A DNA stretch of 64,000 nucleotides from Candidatus Buchananbacteria bacterium CG10_big_fil_rev_8_21_14_0_10_33_19 (lineage in GTDB: Bacteria > Patescibacteriota > Patescibacteriia > 2-01-FULL-39-33). Under the pieces are notes generated by a model, which worked only from the letters and a program-made list of their open reading frames with translations, searched no databases and was not told the origin of the DNA. A program made the translations under genes and the position numbers. This document shows, piece after piece, positions 1 through 11,717 of the stretch. Positions within the stretch are counted from its first letter, which is position 1. Each line of letters opens with the position of its first letter. The DNA is taken from NCBI GenBank assembly GCA_002773855.1, contig PEZY01000005.1, forward strand, positions 218,221 through 282,220. Direction: 5' to 3'.

Positions 1-2
1 TT

Positions 3-1019
3 ATTTTTGCTTAAAAATAACTCCAAGCCATTATTATTGGTAAAAAAATAATAATTAATACCATCAACAATTGGCGTAATAGGTGTACTATAAACACAAC
101 TACCATTATTAATATTAGCCGATGGATTATAATTTAAAGCTTGTTTGTCATTACAGCCAGACAATAAATATGTACAGCTGCCATTATCAATAGTAGCTGA
201 CGAATTATAGTTAGTAGCTGAAGCATCCATACAACCAGGAACTTGATTGGAATCATAAGAACAATTGCCACTATCAACTGTGGCCTGAGAATTATAATTT
301 ATCGCCTTTTCATCAGTACAGCCCAAAATTATACAGCTATCATCATCTATAGTAGCTGATGAATTATAGTTATTAGCTAATGTATTAGTGCAACCAGAAA
401 TAACACATGAACCATCATCAATAGTAGCGGTTGAATTATAATTATTAGCTAATGGATTAGTGCAACCATTAACATTATAAGTGCAACTACCGTCATCAGT
501 AGTAGCTAGTGAATTATAGTTGGTAGCCAGTGGATCAGTACAACCAATAACAGCATAATTACAAGATCCATCATCTTGATTTGCTAGTGAATTATAGTTG
601 GTAGCTAGTGAATCAGTGCAACCAGTTACCGGTAATACACAAGAACCATTATCGGTGGTAGCACTGGGATTATAATTAATAGCTAGTGGATCAGTGCAAC
701 CAATTACTGGTAATATACAAGAACCATCATCTACCGTAGCGCTAGAATTATAATTAATTGCTGTTTGATCAGTACAGCCAGACACAGCGTAAGAGCAACT
801 ACCATCATTAGTTGTAGCACTAGGATTATAATTATTAGCTGCTGGGTCAGTGCAACCAGGTATCACCACTGGCGATCCGCCGCCGCCACCACCAGTATTG
901 GTATTGGCGCTAGGAATATTAGCATTTACCGTAACACTGGTTGCTAAAACTGAAAAAGCAGAGAATACTAACAATATTAAAATTAAAATTATAAATATTC
1001 TTTTAGCAAAAAAATTCAT
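3..1019 (-). CDS. Secreted tandem Cys-repeat protein. Partial: the C-terminus runs off the window start.
   Basis: Minus-strand ATG at 1019-1017, open frame to position 3 with no stop in the window (hence absent from the ORF track). N-terminal signal peptide MNFFAKRIFIILILILLVFSAFSVLATSVTVNA, a Gly6 linker, then at least 10 tandem ~26-aa modules GCTD(P/S)xAxNYNxxAT(T/I)DDGSCxY. The ~78-nt DNA periodicity is visible (gtgcaacca recurs every 72-79 nt). Confidence 0.6.
   Translation of the reverse strand, partial: MNFFAKRIFIILILILLVFSAFSVLATSVTVNANIPSANTNTGGGGGGSPVVIPGCTDPAANNYNPSATTNDGSCSYAVSGCTDQTAINYNSSATVDDGSCILPVIGCTDPLAINYNPSATTDNGSCVLPVTGCTDSLATNYNSLANQDDGSCNYAVIGCTDPLATNYNSLATTDDGSCTYNVNGCTNPLANNYNSTATIDDGSCVISGCTNTLANNYNSSATIDDDSCIILGCTDEKAINYNSQATVDSGNCSYDSNQVPGCMDASATNYNSSATIDNGSCTYLLSGCNDKQALNYNPSANINNGSCVYSTPITPIVDGINYYFFTNNNGLELFLSKN
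60..900 (-). repeat. Tandem coding repeat, ~78-bp period, at least 10 copies, inside the surface-protein gene
   Basis: The motif gtgcaacca / ttatagttggtagc recurs at 388, 460, 537, 616, 694, 771 and 850. Each copy encodes GCTDxxAxNYNxxAxxDDGSC. Confidence 0.7.
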
Positions 1020-1948
1020 TTATTTTTATTTTTTATTTTAACTACAAAACCCACTATGAAAACCAAAGAAACAATGACTAATAAGATTAGTGGCCAAGGT
1101 ATTACCCAAAAATATATTGGTTTTGATTCAATACTTTGGTCATTACCATAGTCTACAATCGCCTTGGCGCTAAATCTGCCTACTGAAAAATCTGTTAATT
1201 GACTGACAATTTTGGATATAAAATTAAACTGATCACTGTCAGCATGCCAAGCTGTATTAAAAATTCTATTGGAATTTGGCAAAATAGCACGCTGTTCCTG
1301 ATTAATTGGTAGCACTTCAACAGTTTTACCTAAAAAATTTTTAATAATAACAGACCCCTGCGGTTTTAAATGAATATTTCCTATGTTTCTCAATCTAAGC
1401 AAAAAATCAATACTAGTATTAGTATATATATCTTTTGACTCTCTTAATTCAAAATTATTAATTTCTAAATTATTGTTTATTTCGCCATTTACTCCCAGCA
1501 ACATCAAAACTCCAACCCTACTAGCAATGAGAGTTTGATGACTTTTTTCTGTTTTTGGGGCAGTTGATGATTGCCACATAACTGCCAAATAATAACCACC
1601 AACATCAGCTGTAACTGGCACAGTAACAATAACTGGCACAGTAATCCCTTCACCTACTTTTAAAACCAAGGAATTAATTGGTAATTTAATCCAATTAACC
1701 GAACTATCTGTGATATCAAATGGTAAAATATCTGCCTGACCATTTTCACCATTAGGTACAAATTTTTCTATTACACCATCAATGAATAAATCATCCGTAG
1801 TCTCATTATATAGAGTGATTTCGCGTGTTATAGAATCACCTGGATCTAACTGTAAGTCAATAATGGCTGGCGACACAGTTATAGCATCAACTCTAAATGG
1901 ATTCAAAATTAATAATATAAATAAACTAAAAAAATAATAAATTTTCAT
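1016..1948 (-). CDS. Secreted surface protein with a C-terminal transmembrane anchor. The architecture resembles DUF916/CscA-type cell-surface proteins (inference).
   Basis: Signal peptide MKIYYFFSLFILLILNPFRVDA. C-terminal hydrophobic helix VIPWPLILLVIVSLVFIVGFVV followed by the basic tail KIKNKNK. Its TGA overlaps the downstream ATG (ATGA at 1016-1019), suggesting translational coupling. Confidence 0.5.
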   Translation of the reverse strand: MKIYYFFSLFILLILNPFRVDAITVSPAIIDLQLDPGDSITREITLYNETTDDLFIDGVIEKFVPNGENGQADILPFDITDSSVNWIKLPINSLVLKVGEGITVPVIVTVPVTADVGGYYLAVMWQSSTAPKTEKSHQTLIASRVGVLMLLGVNGEINNNLEINNFELRESKDIYTNTSIDFLLRLRNIGNIHLKPQGSVIIKNFLGKTVEVLPINQEQRAILPNSNRIFNTAWHADSDQFNFISKIVSQLTDFSVGRFSAKAIVDYGNDQSIESKPIYFWVIPWPLILLVIVSLVFIVGFVVKIKNKNK

Positions 1949-1953
1949 ATATT

Positions 1954-2664
1954 CTAAAAATTAGCCGTGGCTGTATAAACAATAGTGGTAGTATAAATAC
2001 CAGATGATTCTGTGCCATCTATGTTGGCTATAAAATTAATATCAAAAACTGTTTCATTAATTGGATTACTAGAATTTACTATTTCATCACCGCTACTAAA
2101 GGCGTACTGGCCAACTGAATTATAAGGCGATATCGTAGATGCTACCGGACTAGTACCACTACTATAAATAGCATTAAAACCGAACTGACTAGTGCCAGCA
2201 CTAGAGCCACTAGCACTAGCGCCAATGGCCGTAATAGTATTAACTGATGAGCAAGCCGAGCAAGTCAAAGTACTACCGCTATAAGTCACACTCACCCCAG
2301 CTGATTCATTAGTAAAAACATTGAGTGTGATAGCACCAGTGGCCGTGGCACTAGTGCTTAAATTACCAAATTCAACAGAAGATTGACTAGCACTCAAAAA
2401 TAAAATGGAATACTCACTATTTCTAAATCCAGCCCCAATATTATTATTGGTTGACGAGGAATGACTAGCTATAATACCACCAATGGTATCTGCCAAATCA
2501 TAATTACTTGAGGACTGATCTTCACCGCCACCGGATGATAAAGCATCCTGCCAAATGTGGTAATTACTTGAGGTCATAGCTGCATCCAAAATACCAGGAA
2601 ACAACAACAAAACTACCAAAAAACATGCTAATATATTTATAAATTTAATCATAATAAAAAACAA
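1954..2664 (-). CDS. Secreted Ser/Thr/Gly/Ala-rich beta-type surface protein, possibly WxL-like (low confidence)
   Basis: N-terminal signal/TM segment. Mature part is low-complexity S/T/G/A/N-rich and contains an IWQDAL motif. First gene of a three-gene minus-strand operon, 5 nt upstream of the next gene. Confidence 0.45.
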   Translation of the reverse strand: MFFIMIKFINILACFLVVLLLFPGILDAAMTSSNYHIWQDALSSGGGEDQSSSNYDLADTIGGIIASHSSSTNNNIGAGFRNSEYSILFLSASQSSVEFGNLSTSATATGAITLNVFTNESAGVSVTYSGSTLTCSACSSVNTITAIGASASGSSAGTSQFGFNAIYSSGTSPVASTISPYNSVGQYAFSSGDEIVNSSNPINETVFDINFIANIDGTESSGIYTTTIVYTATANF

Positions 2665-2723
2665 TATCCTTTTTACCTTTACATGATTATATTATAACAC
2701 AAAACAATGATTTATTAAAAACT

Positions 2724-2753
2724 AAAAAACTCCGTTTGAAACGGAGTTTTTTA
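2724..2753 (-). terminator. Rho-independent terminator downstream of rpoC
   Basis: Hairpin ctccgtttgaaacggag flanked by A-run and T-run; bidirectional shape. Confidence 0.6.
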
Positions 2754-2768
2754 TAAAAATAATTTAAA

Positions 2769-5700
2769 TTATTTTTTTATAAATCCAGTACCAGCTGGGA
2801 TTAATCGACCAATAATAATATTTTCTTTTAAACCAGATAAATCATCAGTTTTTCCAGTAATTGCTGCATTAATCAACACTTTGGCAGTTTCTTGAAATGA
2901 AGCAGCAGCCAACCAGCTTCGAGTTGATAATGAAACTTTAGTAATACCCAAAAGTAAACGATCAAATTCTACTTCTTGCTTACCTTCTTTTTTAAGTCTT
3001 TGATTTTCATAAGCGACGTCAATATATTCCACAACTTCACCAGGAAGCAAATCACTGTCTCCAGCATCACGAACATAAACCTTGGAGAACATTTGACGCA
3101 CAATAACTTCAGCGTGTTTATCATTTAGTTTTTGACCCTGAGAAGAATAAATATGTTGAATTTCTCTCATGATATATCTTTGAGTAAACTCTTGGCCCTT
3201 TAAACGAAATACTTCGTGTAGATCTAAACTACCCTCTGTTAATTGATCGCCTGGCTCAACCACGTCACCGTCCTGAACCAAGAGTGACACATGTCCAGGA
3301 ATGATATACTCTTGAACTCCCAATTCTTTACCAGAAATAGTAATAGAATTTTTTTCAATTTTCACAGTACCATCAACTATACTAATTTCTTGATCTTCAC
3401 CATTAGTAAACAATACTTGACCCTTAACAATCTGAGCGCCATCAGCCACTTCAATTTTTAAATCAGTTTTAGTCTTAGGTAAAGAAATTTTCTTAATAAT
3501 TTCATTATCATAACTAAGCTGTAATACTCTTTCTCTAGAAGATGTTACTAAAACTTTGCCTTCAGAATTTTTAATTTCTCGTTGACCTTGAGTAATTCTC
3601 ACACTGCCACTAACATCAGCAATAATAGCCTTGGCCTTAGGTGATCTAGTTTCAAAAATTTCTTCTACTCGAGGCAAACCTTGAGTAATATCACCTTCAG
3701 ACGCTACACCACCGGTATGGAAAGTTCTCATAGTTAACTGAGTACCAGGCTCACCCACACTTTGGGCAGCAATAATACCAACAGCTGTACCTTGTTTAAC
3801 AAGCTTATTATAACTTAAATCATAACCATAACATTTCTGACAAATACCTTTAATAGTTTTACAAGATAATACTGCTCTAATTTTAACGCTTTGTAAATCA
3901 ACTTTTCTTAAATCTTCAGCTATTTCTTCGTCAATCAAATCACCTGCTTTTACTAAAACTTTATTATTTTTTGGATTGATAATATCTTCAGCTGGATAAC
4001 GACCAACTAATCTATCTACTAAATTTTCTCCCATAGTTTCACTCTCAGTTTGAGTTAACTCTAGGCCATCTTTATCATTACAATCTTCTTCAGAAACAAT
4101 TACGTCTTGAGCAACATCAACTAGTCTTCTAGTTAGGTAACCGGCGGATGAGGTTCTAAGAGCGGTGTCAGTTAAACCCTTACGAGCACCGTGAGTAGAA
4201 ATAAAGAATTCCAAAACATCAAAACCTTTTTTAAAGTTACTCTTAACTGGCAATTCAATAACTTCATAAGACGGATTAACCACTGGTCCTTTCATACCAA
4301 TCATTTGATTTAATTGTCCCCAAGTACCACGAGCGCCCGAATCAATCATCGCTCTAACAGAATTACCTTCTGGCAAAATATCTTGAACTTTACTTAAAAT
4401 ATTATTGTTAACTTTCAACCACAATTCAACAATTTTATCGTGTCTTTCATCCTCGGTTAAAAGACCCATTTGATATTGTTGTTCAATTTCATCTAATTTA
4501 ACATTACCTTCTTCAATAAATTTTTCTCGATCAGGAATATCTTTTAAATCATCCATACCAATTGACTGAGCAGAATGAGTCAAATATTTAAAACCGTGTT
4601 CTTTTAGCAAATCCAAAACTTTAACAGTTTCTTCTGGACCAAATTGATATAAAACCTGACCCAATAGTTTAGATAAATATTTTTTAGTAATTCTTTCATT
4701 AATAAACTCCATTTCCTGAGGCAAAATATCATTAAATAAAATTCTACCAATTGTAGCATCTTGAAGTTCCATTTTCTTAATCTTCAAACCCTTTTTAGGC
4801 ATCATGACTTTAATTTGATCATGTAAAGTAATTAAACCTTTTTCTTCAGCTAGTAAAGCCTCATTAAAAGAAGAGTACACTTTTGGCTTATCATTTTCTT
4901 TCATGGTAGTTAAATAATAACAACCTAAAACGATGTCCTGGTTAGGAGTGACAATTGGTCGACCATCTGATGGCTTTAATAAATTCTTAGAAGACAACAT
5001 TAATTCAGCTGCTTCTTTTCTAGCACCTTCAGTTAAAGGTACATGAACAGCCATTTGATCTCCGTCAAAATCAGCATTAAAAGCACTACAAACTAGTGGG
5101 TGAATCCTAATAGCCTTACCTTCGGTTAAAACTGGTTTAAAAGCCTGAATACCTAGTCTATGTAGGGTTGGGGCCCGATTTAATAAGACATAAGCACCCG
5201 TTACTACTTCTTCTAACAAATCCCAAATCTCTTCGTGACCAGCTTCGATGTAGCGATTAGCACTTCTAACATTATGAACAATACCTCGTTTAATTAATTT
5301 AGAAATAATAAATGGCTTAAACAATTCCAAAGCCATTATTTTTGGGATACCACATTGATCTAGTTTTAATTCTGGACCAACCACAATAACACTTCTTCCA
5401 GAGTAATCAATACGCTTACCAAGTAAGTTTTGTCTAAATCGTCCTTGCTTACCTTTAAGCATATCCGCAATAGATTTTAACATTCTCTTTTGACCAGTTG
5501 AGGCCACCACGGTTTTACCATGTCGAGCGTTATTATCAATCAAAGCATCAACAGCCTCCTGAAGCATTCTCTTTTCATTTCTGGTAATAATTTCTGGAGC
5601 GTTTAATTCTTGAAGTTGTTTTAAACGATTGTTTCGATTGATTACTCTGCGATATAAATCATTTAAATCAGAAGTCGCAAAACGACCACCATCTAAAGGC

Positions 5701-6650
5701 ACCATTGGTCTTAAATCTGGTGGAATAATTGGTACTGTTGATAATACCATCCACTCTGGTCTAATACTGTTTTTAACCAAATGATTAAAGAATTTAATTC
5801 TTCTGATTAATTTATCTCTTTTAGCTCCAGTGGCTTTTTCTAGGTCTTTATCTAAACCAGTAATCATTTTATTAATATCCATATTTGCCAATAAACTTCT
5901 AATGGCTTCAGCACCAATACCGGCTTCAAAAATATGTCCATATTTCAAAGATAAATCATGGAAAGTATGCTCGGAAATAATCTTGAGTGGTTTTAATTCT
6001 TTAAGTTCACTTTCAGCTACATTTAAAGTATCTTCCAGTTCAGTCATTTTTTCTTCCTTTTGAGTCAATAACTTGCCAATTTGACCCTCAGCTAAATCGC
6101 CACCCTTTTCAGTCAGTTGTTTAATTCTATTATCAAAATCACCTTCAATTTGTTTGCGATACTGTTTATATTCAGCTTTAAGTTGAGCCAAAGTTTCAGC
6201 TTTTAAGTCTTCATTAACAGTAATAATTATAAAGTCAGCAAAGTAGATAACCTTCTCTAAATTCTGGATAGACATATCCAAAGCCAAACCAATTCGAGAT
6301 GGCACACCTCTTAAAAACCAAATGTGAGAAACTGGCACACACAAATCAATATGGCCCATTCTTTCTCTTCTGACCACAGCGCGGGTAACTTCTACACCAC
6401 ACTTATCACAGACAATGCCTTTGTATCTAATTTTTTTGTATTTACCACAATAACATTCCCAGTCTTTAACTGGTCCAAAAATCTTTTCGCAAAACAAACC
6501 ATCCTTTTCGGGTTTTTGAGTTCTGTAGTTTATAGTTTCTGGTCTAGTCACCTCACCAAATGACCAATCATGAATATTATCAGGGGAAGCTAGTCTTAAC
6601 TTAATTGAAGTAAAATCTTCTGAAGTTTTTTGTTCCGGGGTGTTTATCAT
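2769..6650 (-). CDS. rpoC: DNA-directed RNA polymerase subunit beta'
   Basis: 1293-aa ORF with an N-terminal zinc-binding Cys cluster ([23 protein letters not shown]), the NADFDGD catalytic motif and conserved C-terminal regions. Confidence 0.97.
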   Translation of the reverse strand: MINTPEQKTSEDFTSIKLRLASPDNIHDWSFGEVTRPETINYRTQKPEKDGLFCEKIFGPVKDWECYCGKYKKIRYKGIVCDKCGVEVTRAVVRRERMGHIDLCVPVSHIWFLRGVPSRIGLALDMSIQNLEKVIYFADFIIITVNEDLKAETLAQLKAEYKQYRKQIEGDFDNRIKQLTEKGGDLAEGQIGKLLTQKEEKMTELEDTLNVAESELKELKPLKIISEHTFHDLSLKYGHIFEAGIGAEAIRSLLANMDINKMITGLDKDLEKATGAKRDKLIRRIKFFNHLVKNSIRPEWMVLSTVPIIPPDLRPMVPLDGGRFATSDLNDLYRRVINRNNRLKQLQELNAPEIITRNEKRMLQEAVDALIDNNARHGKTVVASTGQKRMLKSIADMLKGKQGRFRQNLLGKRIDYSGRSVIVVGPELKLDQCGIPKIMALELFKPFIISKLIKRGIVHNVRSANRYIEAGHEEIWDLLEEVVTGAYVLLNRAPTLHRLGIQAFKPVLTEGKAIRIHPLVCSAFNADFDGDQMAVHVPLTEGARKEAAELMLSSKNLLKPSDGRPIVTPNQDIVLGCYYLTTMKENDKPKVYSSFNEALLAEEKGLITLHDQIKVMMPKKGLKIKKMELQDATIGRILFNDILPQEMEFINERITKKYLSKLLGQVLYQFGPEETVKVLDLLKEHGFKYLTHSAQSIGMDDLKDIPDREKFIEEGNVKLDEIEQQYQMGLLTEDERHDKIVELWLKVNNNILSKVQDILPEGNSVRAMIDSGARGTWGQLNQMIGMKGPVVNPSYEVIELPVKSNFKKGFDVLEFFISTHGARKGLTDTALRTSSAGYLTRRLVDVAQDVIVSEEDCNDKDGLELTQTESETMGENLVDRLVGRYPAEDIINPKNNKVLVKAGDLIDEEIAEDLRKVDLQSVKIRAVLSCKTIKGICQKCYGYDLSYNKLVKQGTAVGIIAAQSVGEPGTQLTMRTFHTGGVASEGDITQGLPRVEEIFETRSPKAKAIIADVSGSVRITQGQREIKNSEGKVLVTSSRERVLQLSYDNEIIKKISLPKTKTDLKIEVADGAQIVKGQVLFTNGEDQEISIVDGTVKIEKNSITISGKELGVQEYIIPGHVSLLVQDGDVVEPGDQLTEGSLDLHEVFRLKGQEFTQRYIMREIQHIYSSQGQKLNDKHAEVIVRQMFSKVYVRDAGDSDLLPGEVVEYIDVAYENQRLKKEGKQEVEFDRLLLGITKVSLSTRSWLAAASFQETAKVLINAAITGKTDDLSGLKENIIIGRLIPAGTGFIKK

Positions 6651-6693
6651 ATATGTATATTAAGTAAAATTACTTATTACTTTCTTAGGCGTT

Positions 6694-9600
6694 TTATTTA
6701 GATCCAGTTTCTTCAGTATTATCATCTTTTGTGTCAAGCGATTCGACTGTTTCGCTGCCGCCATTTAATTCCACATTAAGACCTAAGCCCTTAAGCTCAC
6801 GCACTAGAACATGGAAACTTTCTGGAATATTTAAATTAGTGATTGGCTCACCTTTAATAATAGATTCATAGGTTTTTGATCTGCCGACTACGTCATCCGA
6901 TTTAATAGTCAAAATTTCTTGTAAAGTATTGGCTGCACCATAACCTTCCAAAGCCCAAACTTCCATTTCACCAAATCTTTGTCCACCATGTTGAGCTTTA
7001 CCACCTAGCGGCTGTTGGGTAATCAAGGAGTATGGACCAATTGATCTTTGGTGAATTTTACTTTCAACCAAATGGTTAAGTTTTAACATATAAACATAAC
7101 CAACGGTTGTAGTTTTATCAAAAGCTTTACCGGTTCGACCATCATACAACTGAATACGACCATCAGAACTATAACCAGCCTTGCCTAATTCTTCTCTAAT
7201 TTTTTCTTCAGTAATACCATCAAATACATGAGTTGCTACCTTATAACCCAACTTATGAGCGGCTAAACCTAAATGAGTTTCCAAAACCTGACCAATATTC
7301 ATACGAGAAACTACACCTAGTGGCGATAAAATAATATCGACAGGTGTGCCATCCTCTAAGTGTGGTAAATCTTCAACTGGCACTACTTTGGAAATAACAC
7401 CCTTATTACCATGTCGTCCAGCCATCTTATCGCCCACCTGAACTTTTCTCAGTGAAGCTACAGTTACTTGAATCATTTTGATCATACCAGCAGAAAGCTT
7501 ATCACCATTTTCTCGAGAAAAGATTTTAACATCGATAACTTTACCAGAAGAACCATGTTCCATATATAAAGATGAATCTCTAACATCTCTAGCTTTTTCA
7601 CCAAAAATAGCTCTGAGCAATTTTTCTTCAGCGGATAATTCAGTTTCACCTTTTGGAGTAATCTTACCGCACAAAATATCACCTGATCTAACATTAGCAC
7701 CAATTCTGATAATACCTTCTTCATCTAAATCTTTTAATTTTTCTTCACTCACATTTGGAATATCAGAAGTCACGACTTCTGGACCAAGTTTTGTTTCACG
7801 AACTTCACAAGTATAGTCTTCAATATGAATAGATGAATATCGATCTTTTTGCACAATTCTTTCAGAAATAATAATCGCATCCTCATAGTTATAACCCTGC
7901 CATGGCATAAAAGCCACCAAGATATTTTGACCCAAAGCTAGTTCACCACCATCAGTAGCTGGACCATCAGCGATAGGTTCACCTTTTTTAATTTTTTGAT
8001 TAATAGAAACTATTGGTCTTTGATTAATACAAGTCGAAGCATTAGATCGCAAAAATTTATTCAAAATATAAGTATCAGTCTTACCTGATTTATTTTTAAT
8101 TTCAATACTATTACCACTTAAACCAACAACCTCACCAGCTTCTTTGGCTAAAATAATATGACCCGAATCTTGAGCCGCTCTAGCTTCAACACCAGTACCG
8201 ACAAGTGGTGCCTGTGGTTTAATACAAGACACTGCCTGACGTTGCATGTTTGTACCCATAAGTGCACGCACCGCGTCATCATGTTCCAAGAAAGGAATAA
8301 GTGAAGTAGCAATAGATACAATCTGATTAGAAGCTACATCCATATATTCAATATTACTAGAACTAGTAATAGTTGGTTTTAATTTTACTCTGGCTTCAAC
8401 TTTTTCTTTAATAAAATAACCTTGATCATCAAGCTTAGCGGTCGAAGTAGTTGTTGTTACTCGACTTTCTTCAAAAGCATCCAAATAAACAATTTCATCA
8501 GTCACTCTGGCCCGACCATCTTTTTCTTTGATGACTTTATAATATGGGGTCTCTAGAAAACCAAATTCATTAACTCGAGCATAACTAGACATATGACCGA
8601 CTAAACCAATATTAGGACCTTCTGGAGTAGCAATCGGACAAATTCTACCATAATGAGTAGGGTGAACGTCTCTGACTTCAAAGCCAGCTCTTTCACGAGA
8701 CAAACCACCAGGACCCATAGCGTTTAACCTTCTCTTGTGTTCTAATTCAGCCAGTGGATTGACTTGGTCCATAAACTGAGATAGCTGAGATGACATAAAG
8801 AATTCTTTCACGGCACTATTAACCGGTCTAGCATTTATTAATTTACTAGGAGTTAAAGCAGTCATATCTAAAGTGCTCATTCTGTCTTTGATAATTCTTT
8901 CCATTCTGGCCAAACCAATTCTAAATTTATTTTGAATTAATTCACCGGCCGCTCTAATTCTTCTATTGCCCAAATGATCAATATCATCAGCATCATCCTG
9001 AGTAATATTTAATCTAATAATTTCTTTAAGAATATTAATGATATCGTCTTTAAGTAAAATTCTATTTTCTTTAGTAATTGGCAAATCTACATCAAATCTT
9101 TGATTTAATTTATATCTACCAACTCGACCAAAGTCATAACGAGAAAAATTAAAGAACATATTATCAATCAACTGTTTGGCATTATCTGGAGTGGCTAAAT
9201 CACCTGGTCTAATTCTTTTATAGACTTCAATTAAGCCTTCAGCTTCATTAGTTGAAGCATCTTTTTTAAGTGAGGCTTCAATATATTTAATATCTGGATC
9301 GTTATCAACATCTTTAAATAATTCTAAAATTGATTCGTCACTATTAAAACCAAAAGCTCGAAGCAAAGTCGTAGCCGACACTTTTCTTTTGCGATCAATT
9401 TTTACCCAGATTACACCATTGTTATCGGTTTCAAATTCCAACCAAGAACCTCGATTAGGAATAACCTTAGCACCATACAATTTACCATCATTGCCAGCTT
9501 GATTACTAAAGAAGACACCAGCTGATCTAATCAGCTGAGAGACAATTACTCTTTCAATACCATTAATGATAAAAGTACCTCTGTCTGTCATCAATGGAAA

Positions 9601-9939
9601 ATCCCCAAGATAAACTTCCTGATCAACAGATTGACCAGTTTTTTTGTTCAACAAAGTAACATTAACACGAAGAGGTGCTTCGTAAGTAATGTTTTTTTGT
9701 TTACTAGTAGTCTCATCAAATTTTGGATCATCTAAAGTATAATCACCAAAATAAACTTCTAAATCACGACCAATGAAGTCAGTAATCGGAGAAACTTCAT
9801 CAAAAAGTTCCTTTAAGCCTTCATCCCAAAACCAGGCAAATGAATTCTTTTGTAGTTCGATTAAATCTGGCAGTGGTAAAACCTGCTTGTCAGAAAAACT
9901 TGTTCTTTCCATTACTTGTGTGTTTTTTTGTTGAGACAT
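6694..9939 (-). CDS. rpoB: DNA-directed RNA polymerase subunit beta
   Basis: Conserved RpoB regions through to the C-terminus. Start trimmed to the internal ATG (MSQQKNTQV); the track ORF extends to 10008 through a probable non-ATG codon. Confidence 0.95.
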   Translation of the reverse strand: MSQQKNTQVMERTSFSDKQVLPLPDLIELQKNSFAWFWDEGLKELFDEVSPITDFIGRDLEVYFGDYTLDDPKFDETTSKQKNITYEAPLRVNVTLLNKKTGQSVDQEVYLGDFPLMTDRGTFIINGIERVIVSQLIRSAGVFFSNQAGNDGKLYGAKVIPNRGSWLEFETDNNGVIWVKIDRKRKVSATTLLRAFGFNSDESILELFKDVDNDPDIKYIEASLKKDASTNEAEGLIEVYKRIRPGDLATPDNAKQLIDNMFFNFSRYDFGRVGRYKLNQRFDVDLPITKENRILLKDDIINILKEIIRLNITQDDADDIDHLGNRRIRAAGELIQNKFRIGLARMERIIKDRMSTLDMTALTPSKLINARPVNSAVKEFFMSSQLSQFMDQVNPLAELEHKRRLNAMGPGGLSRERAGFEVRDVHPTHYGRICPIATPEGPNIGLVGHMSSYARVNEFGFLETPYYKVIKEKDGRARVTDEIVYLDAFEESRVTTTTSTAKLDDQGYFIKEKVEARVKLKPTITSSSNIEYMDVASNQIVSIATSLIPFLEHDDAVRALMGTNMQRQAVSCIKPQAPLVGTGVEARAAQDSGHIILAKEAGEVVGLSGNSIEIKNKSGKTDTYILNKFLRSNASTCINQRPIVSINQKIKKGEPIADGPATDGGELALGQNILVAFMPWQGYNYEDAIIISERIVQKDRYSSIHIEDYTCEVRETKLGPEVVTSDIPNVSEEKLKDLDEEGIIRIGANVRSGDILCGKITPKGETELSAEEKLLRAIFGEKARDVRDSSLYMEHGSSGKVIDVKIFSRENGDKLSAGMIKMIQVTVASLRKVQVGDKMAGRHGNKGVISKVVPVEDLPHLEDGTPVDIILSPLGVVSRMNIGQVLETHLGLAAHKLGYKVATHVFDGITEEKIREELGKAGYSSDGRIQLYDGRTGKAFDKTTTVGYVYMLKLNHLVESKIHQRSIGPYSLITQQPLGGKAQHGGQRFGEMEVWALEGYGAANTLQEILTIKSDDVVGRSKTYESIIKGEPITNLNIPESFHVLVRELKGLGLNVELNGGSETVESLDTKDDNTEETGSK

Positions 9940-10387
9940 AATATAATATTTGATTGTTATATTTTGGCTAGAATAGACGCAAAAAAGCTCATTTCTTGTT
10001 ATCCCCAATTACATTAGGTAAGAAATGAGTTATATTAATTAAGATTGTATTGGAATTGTACACCCACTATCTTTTGAAGGTTATTAACCCAATGATTGTC
10101 ATTGAAGTAGGGTTTTTTAAAATAAATCACTAAAAACAGTTATTGACATTTTAACAGAAAAAATGTATTAAAGTCAAGTGTTATACAAATTTTTAAAAAG
10201 ATGTCAAATATTTTCTTATTTTTAGCTAAATTTAAATAATTTTTATCAAATATCAATAATCATAAAGTTGATATTGTTGACAAAATAAATCTTTATTCCC
10301 CTACTTATCCACAGATAAAAAATCAGATAACTTTTATTTATCATATTTATTAGGCAAAATCATGTTATTAAACTAATACCATAATAA

Positions 10388-11716
10388 CTAACCATTCAGT
10401 AATTCACGAGCTACTTGCCGCTCATCCCAAAATGTTTTTTGATTATTTGGCCCTACAATCGCCTGCTCACACCCCTTACCAGTTAGTAAAATTAGGTCTT
10501 TTTCGCTAGCCAAACTGATAGCTTTTTTAATAGCCTCTCGTCGATCTAATATCTTAAATAAATCTCTATTAATTTCTTTGCCGCCATCATTAGCACCACC
10601 CGCCACTTCATCAATTATTTCTTGTGGATCATCATCATACGGGTCTTCATTGGTTACCACTACATAATCAGCGTGCGAAGCGGCTAACCTGCCTAAAACT
10701 GGGCGTCGATCTCGATCCCGGCCACCACCACAAGAACCTAAAACATGAATAATTTTATGCTCATTATCTACCAAATTATGCTGCCTGACACAGTCATAAA
10801 GCTGTCTTAAACTTTCTGGTTCTGGAGCATAATCCACTAACACCTTAAAATTTTGACCTTCATTAATAAATTCCATTCGTCCCGGAATACTTTCAATCTT
10901 CTCCAGTGCCTTACGACAAGCAGAAATATCAATACCCTGAGACTGGCCAACAGTAATCGCCGCAAGTGCATTATAAACATTAAACAAACCTAGTAATTTT
11001 AAACTAACTTTAGAATCATACACTTCAAAAGTGATACCATTGTCATTAAAAGAAATATTATCAGCTTCTACCTTAGCTTTTAATTCACCGTCTCGGCTTT
11101 TACCCTTAACGCCATATCCATATCTGGCATCAGCCTCATACTTCATAAAATCTTTAATATATTCATCATCGGTATTAGCGACAATCACTTTATCAATTAT
11201 CTGACCATTAATTTTTTTGTGTCTATCGTGTTTTAGCTTGGCAAACAATTGCTCTTTGGCTTTTTTATAATTTTCAAAACTCCCATGAGATTCGATATGC
11301 TCTGGTGTTAAATTGGTAAATACCGAAATATCATAATTAATACCCAAGTGTCGATGTTGAGCAATACCCTCAGAAGAAGTTTCCACTATTGCATACTGAC
11401 AACCGGCTTTAACCATATCGTGTAACATTTTTTGTAATTCGTTTCTGCCCAGCATAGTCATTTTTTTATCATTCAACCACTCTTTACTGCCAATCTTAAA
11501 CCAAGCGGTGGAAGTGGCTCCTACTATATAGCCAGCCTCTTCTAAAATACGAGCAATCATCATTACAGTTGTCGATTTACCATTGGTGCCAGTCACGCCA
11601 ATGACAATCATTTTTTCTGATGGATTGCCATAAACAATCTTACTACCAACAGCTAATGATTTATGATATTGACCTAATAATTTTTTGGGAATTATTTTTT
11701 TAATTTTTTGTTTCAT
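10388..11716 (-). CDS. murE: Mur ligase family protein; the C-terminal domain is MurE-like
   Basis: P-loop GVTGTNGKSTT. C-terminal GGGRDRDRRPVLGRLAASHADYVVVTNEDPYDDDPQEI matches the MurE GGxRDxxKRP...TxDNPRxEDP pattern. The N-terminal domain is shorter than canonical MurE. Confidence 0.6.
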   Translation of the reverse strand: MKQKIKKIIPKKLLGQYHKSLAVGSKIVYGNPSEKMIVIGVTGTNGKSTTVMMIARILEEAGYIVGATSTAWFKIGSKEWLNDKKMTMLGRNELQKMLHDMVKAGCQYAIVETSSEGIAQHRHLGINYDISVFTNLTPEHIESHGSFENYKKAKEQLFAKLKHDRHKKINGQIIDKVIVANTDDEYIKDFMKYEADARYGYGVKGKSRDGELKAKVEADNISFNDNGITFEVYDSKVSLKLLGLFNVYNALAAITVGQSQGIDISACRKALEKIESIPGRMEFINEGQNFKVLVDYAPEPESLRQLYDCVRQHNLVDNEHKIIHVLGSCGGGRDRDRRPVLGRLAASHADYVVVTNEDPYDDDPQEIIDEVAGGANDGGKEINRDLFKILDRREAIKKAISLASEKDLILLTGKGCEQAIVGPNNQKTFWDERQVARELLNG

Positions 11717-11717
11717 A

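Noticed and set aside
1-33. A TAA at positions 1-3 on the minus strand that might have terminated the repeat-protein gene
   Set aside because: It is in a different frame; a stop follows at 31-33 in that frame. The real frame (codons 3-5, 6-8 ...) stays open to the window edge.
60-900. Possible CRISPR array because of the regular ~78-bp repeats
   Set aside because: The repeats are in-frame within an ORF, are imperfect at the DNA level and have no unique spacers. They encode a protein repeat.
765-1041. Two plus-strand ORFs (60 and 63 aa) at the window start
   Set aside because: They lie antisense to the clearly periodic Cys-repeat gene. Their translations are low-complexity products of the repeat's reverse complement (poly-Pro from the Gly6 linker).
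5830-7816. Small ORFs antisense or in alternate frames inside rpoC/rpoB (5830-6063, 6324-6563, 7478-7816, 7482-7724)
   Set aside because: They are embedded in strongly conserved RNA polymerase coding sequence and carry no independent signals.
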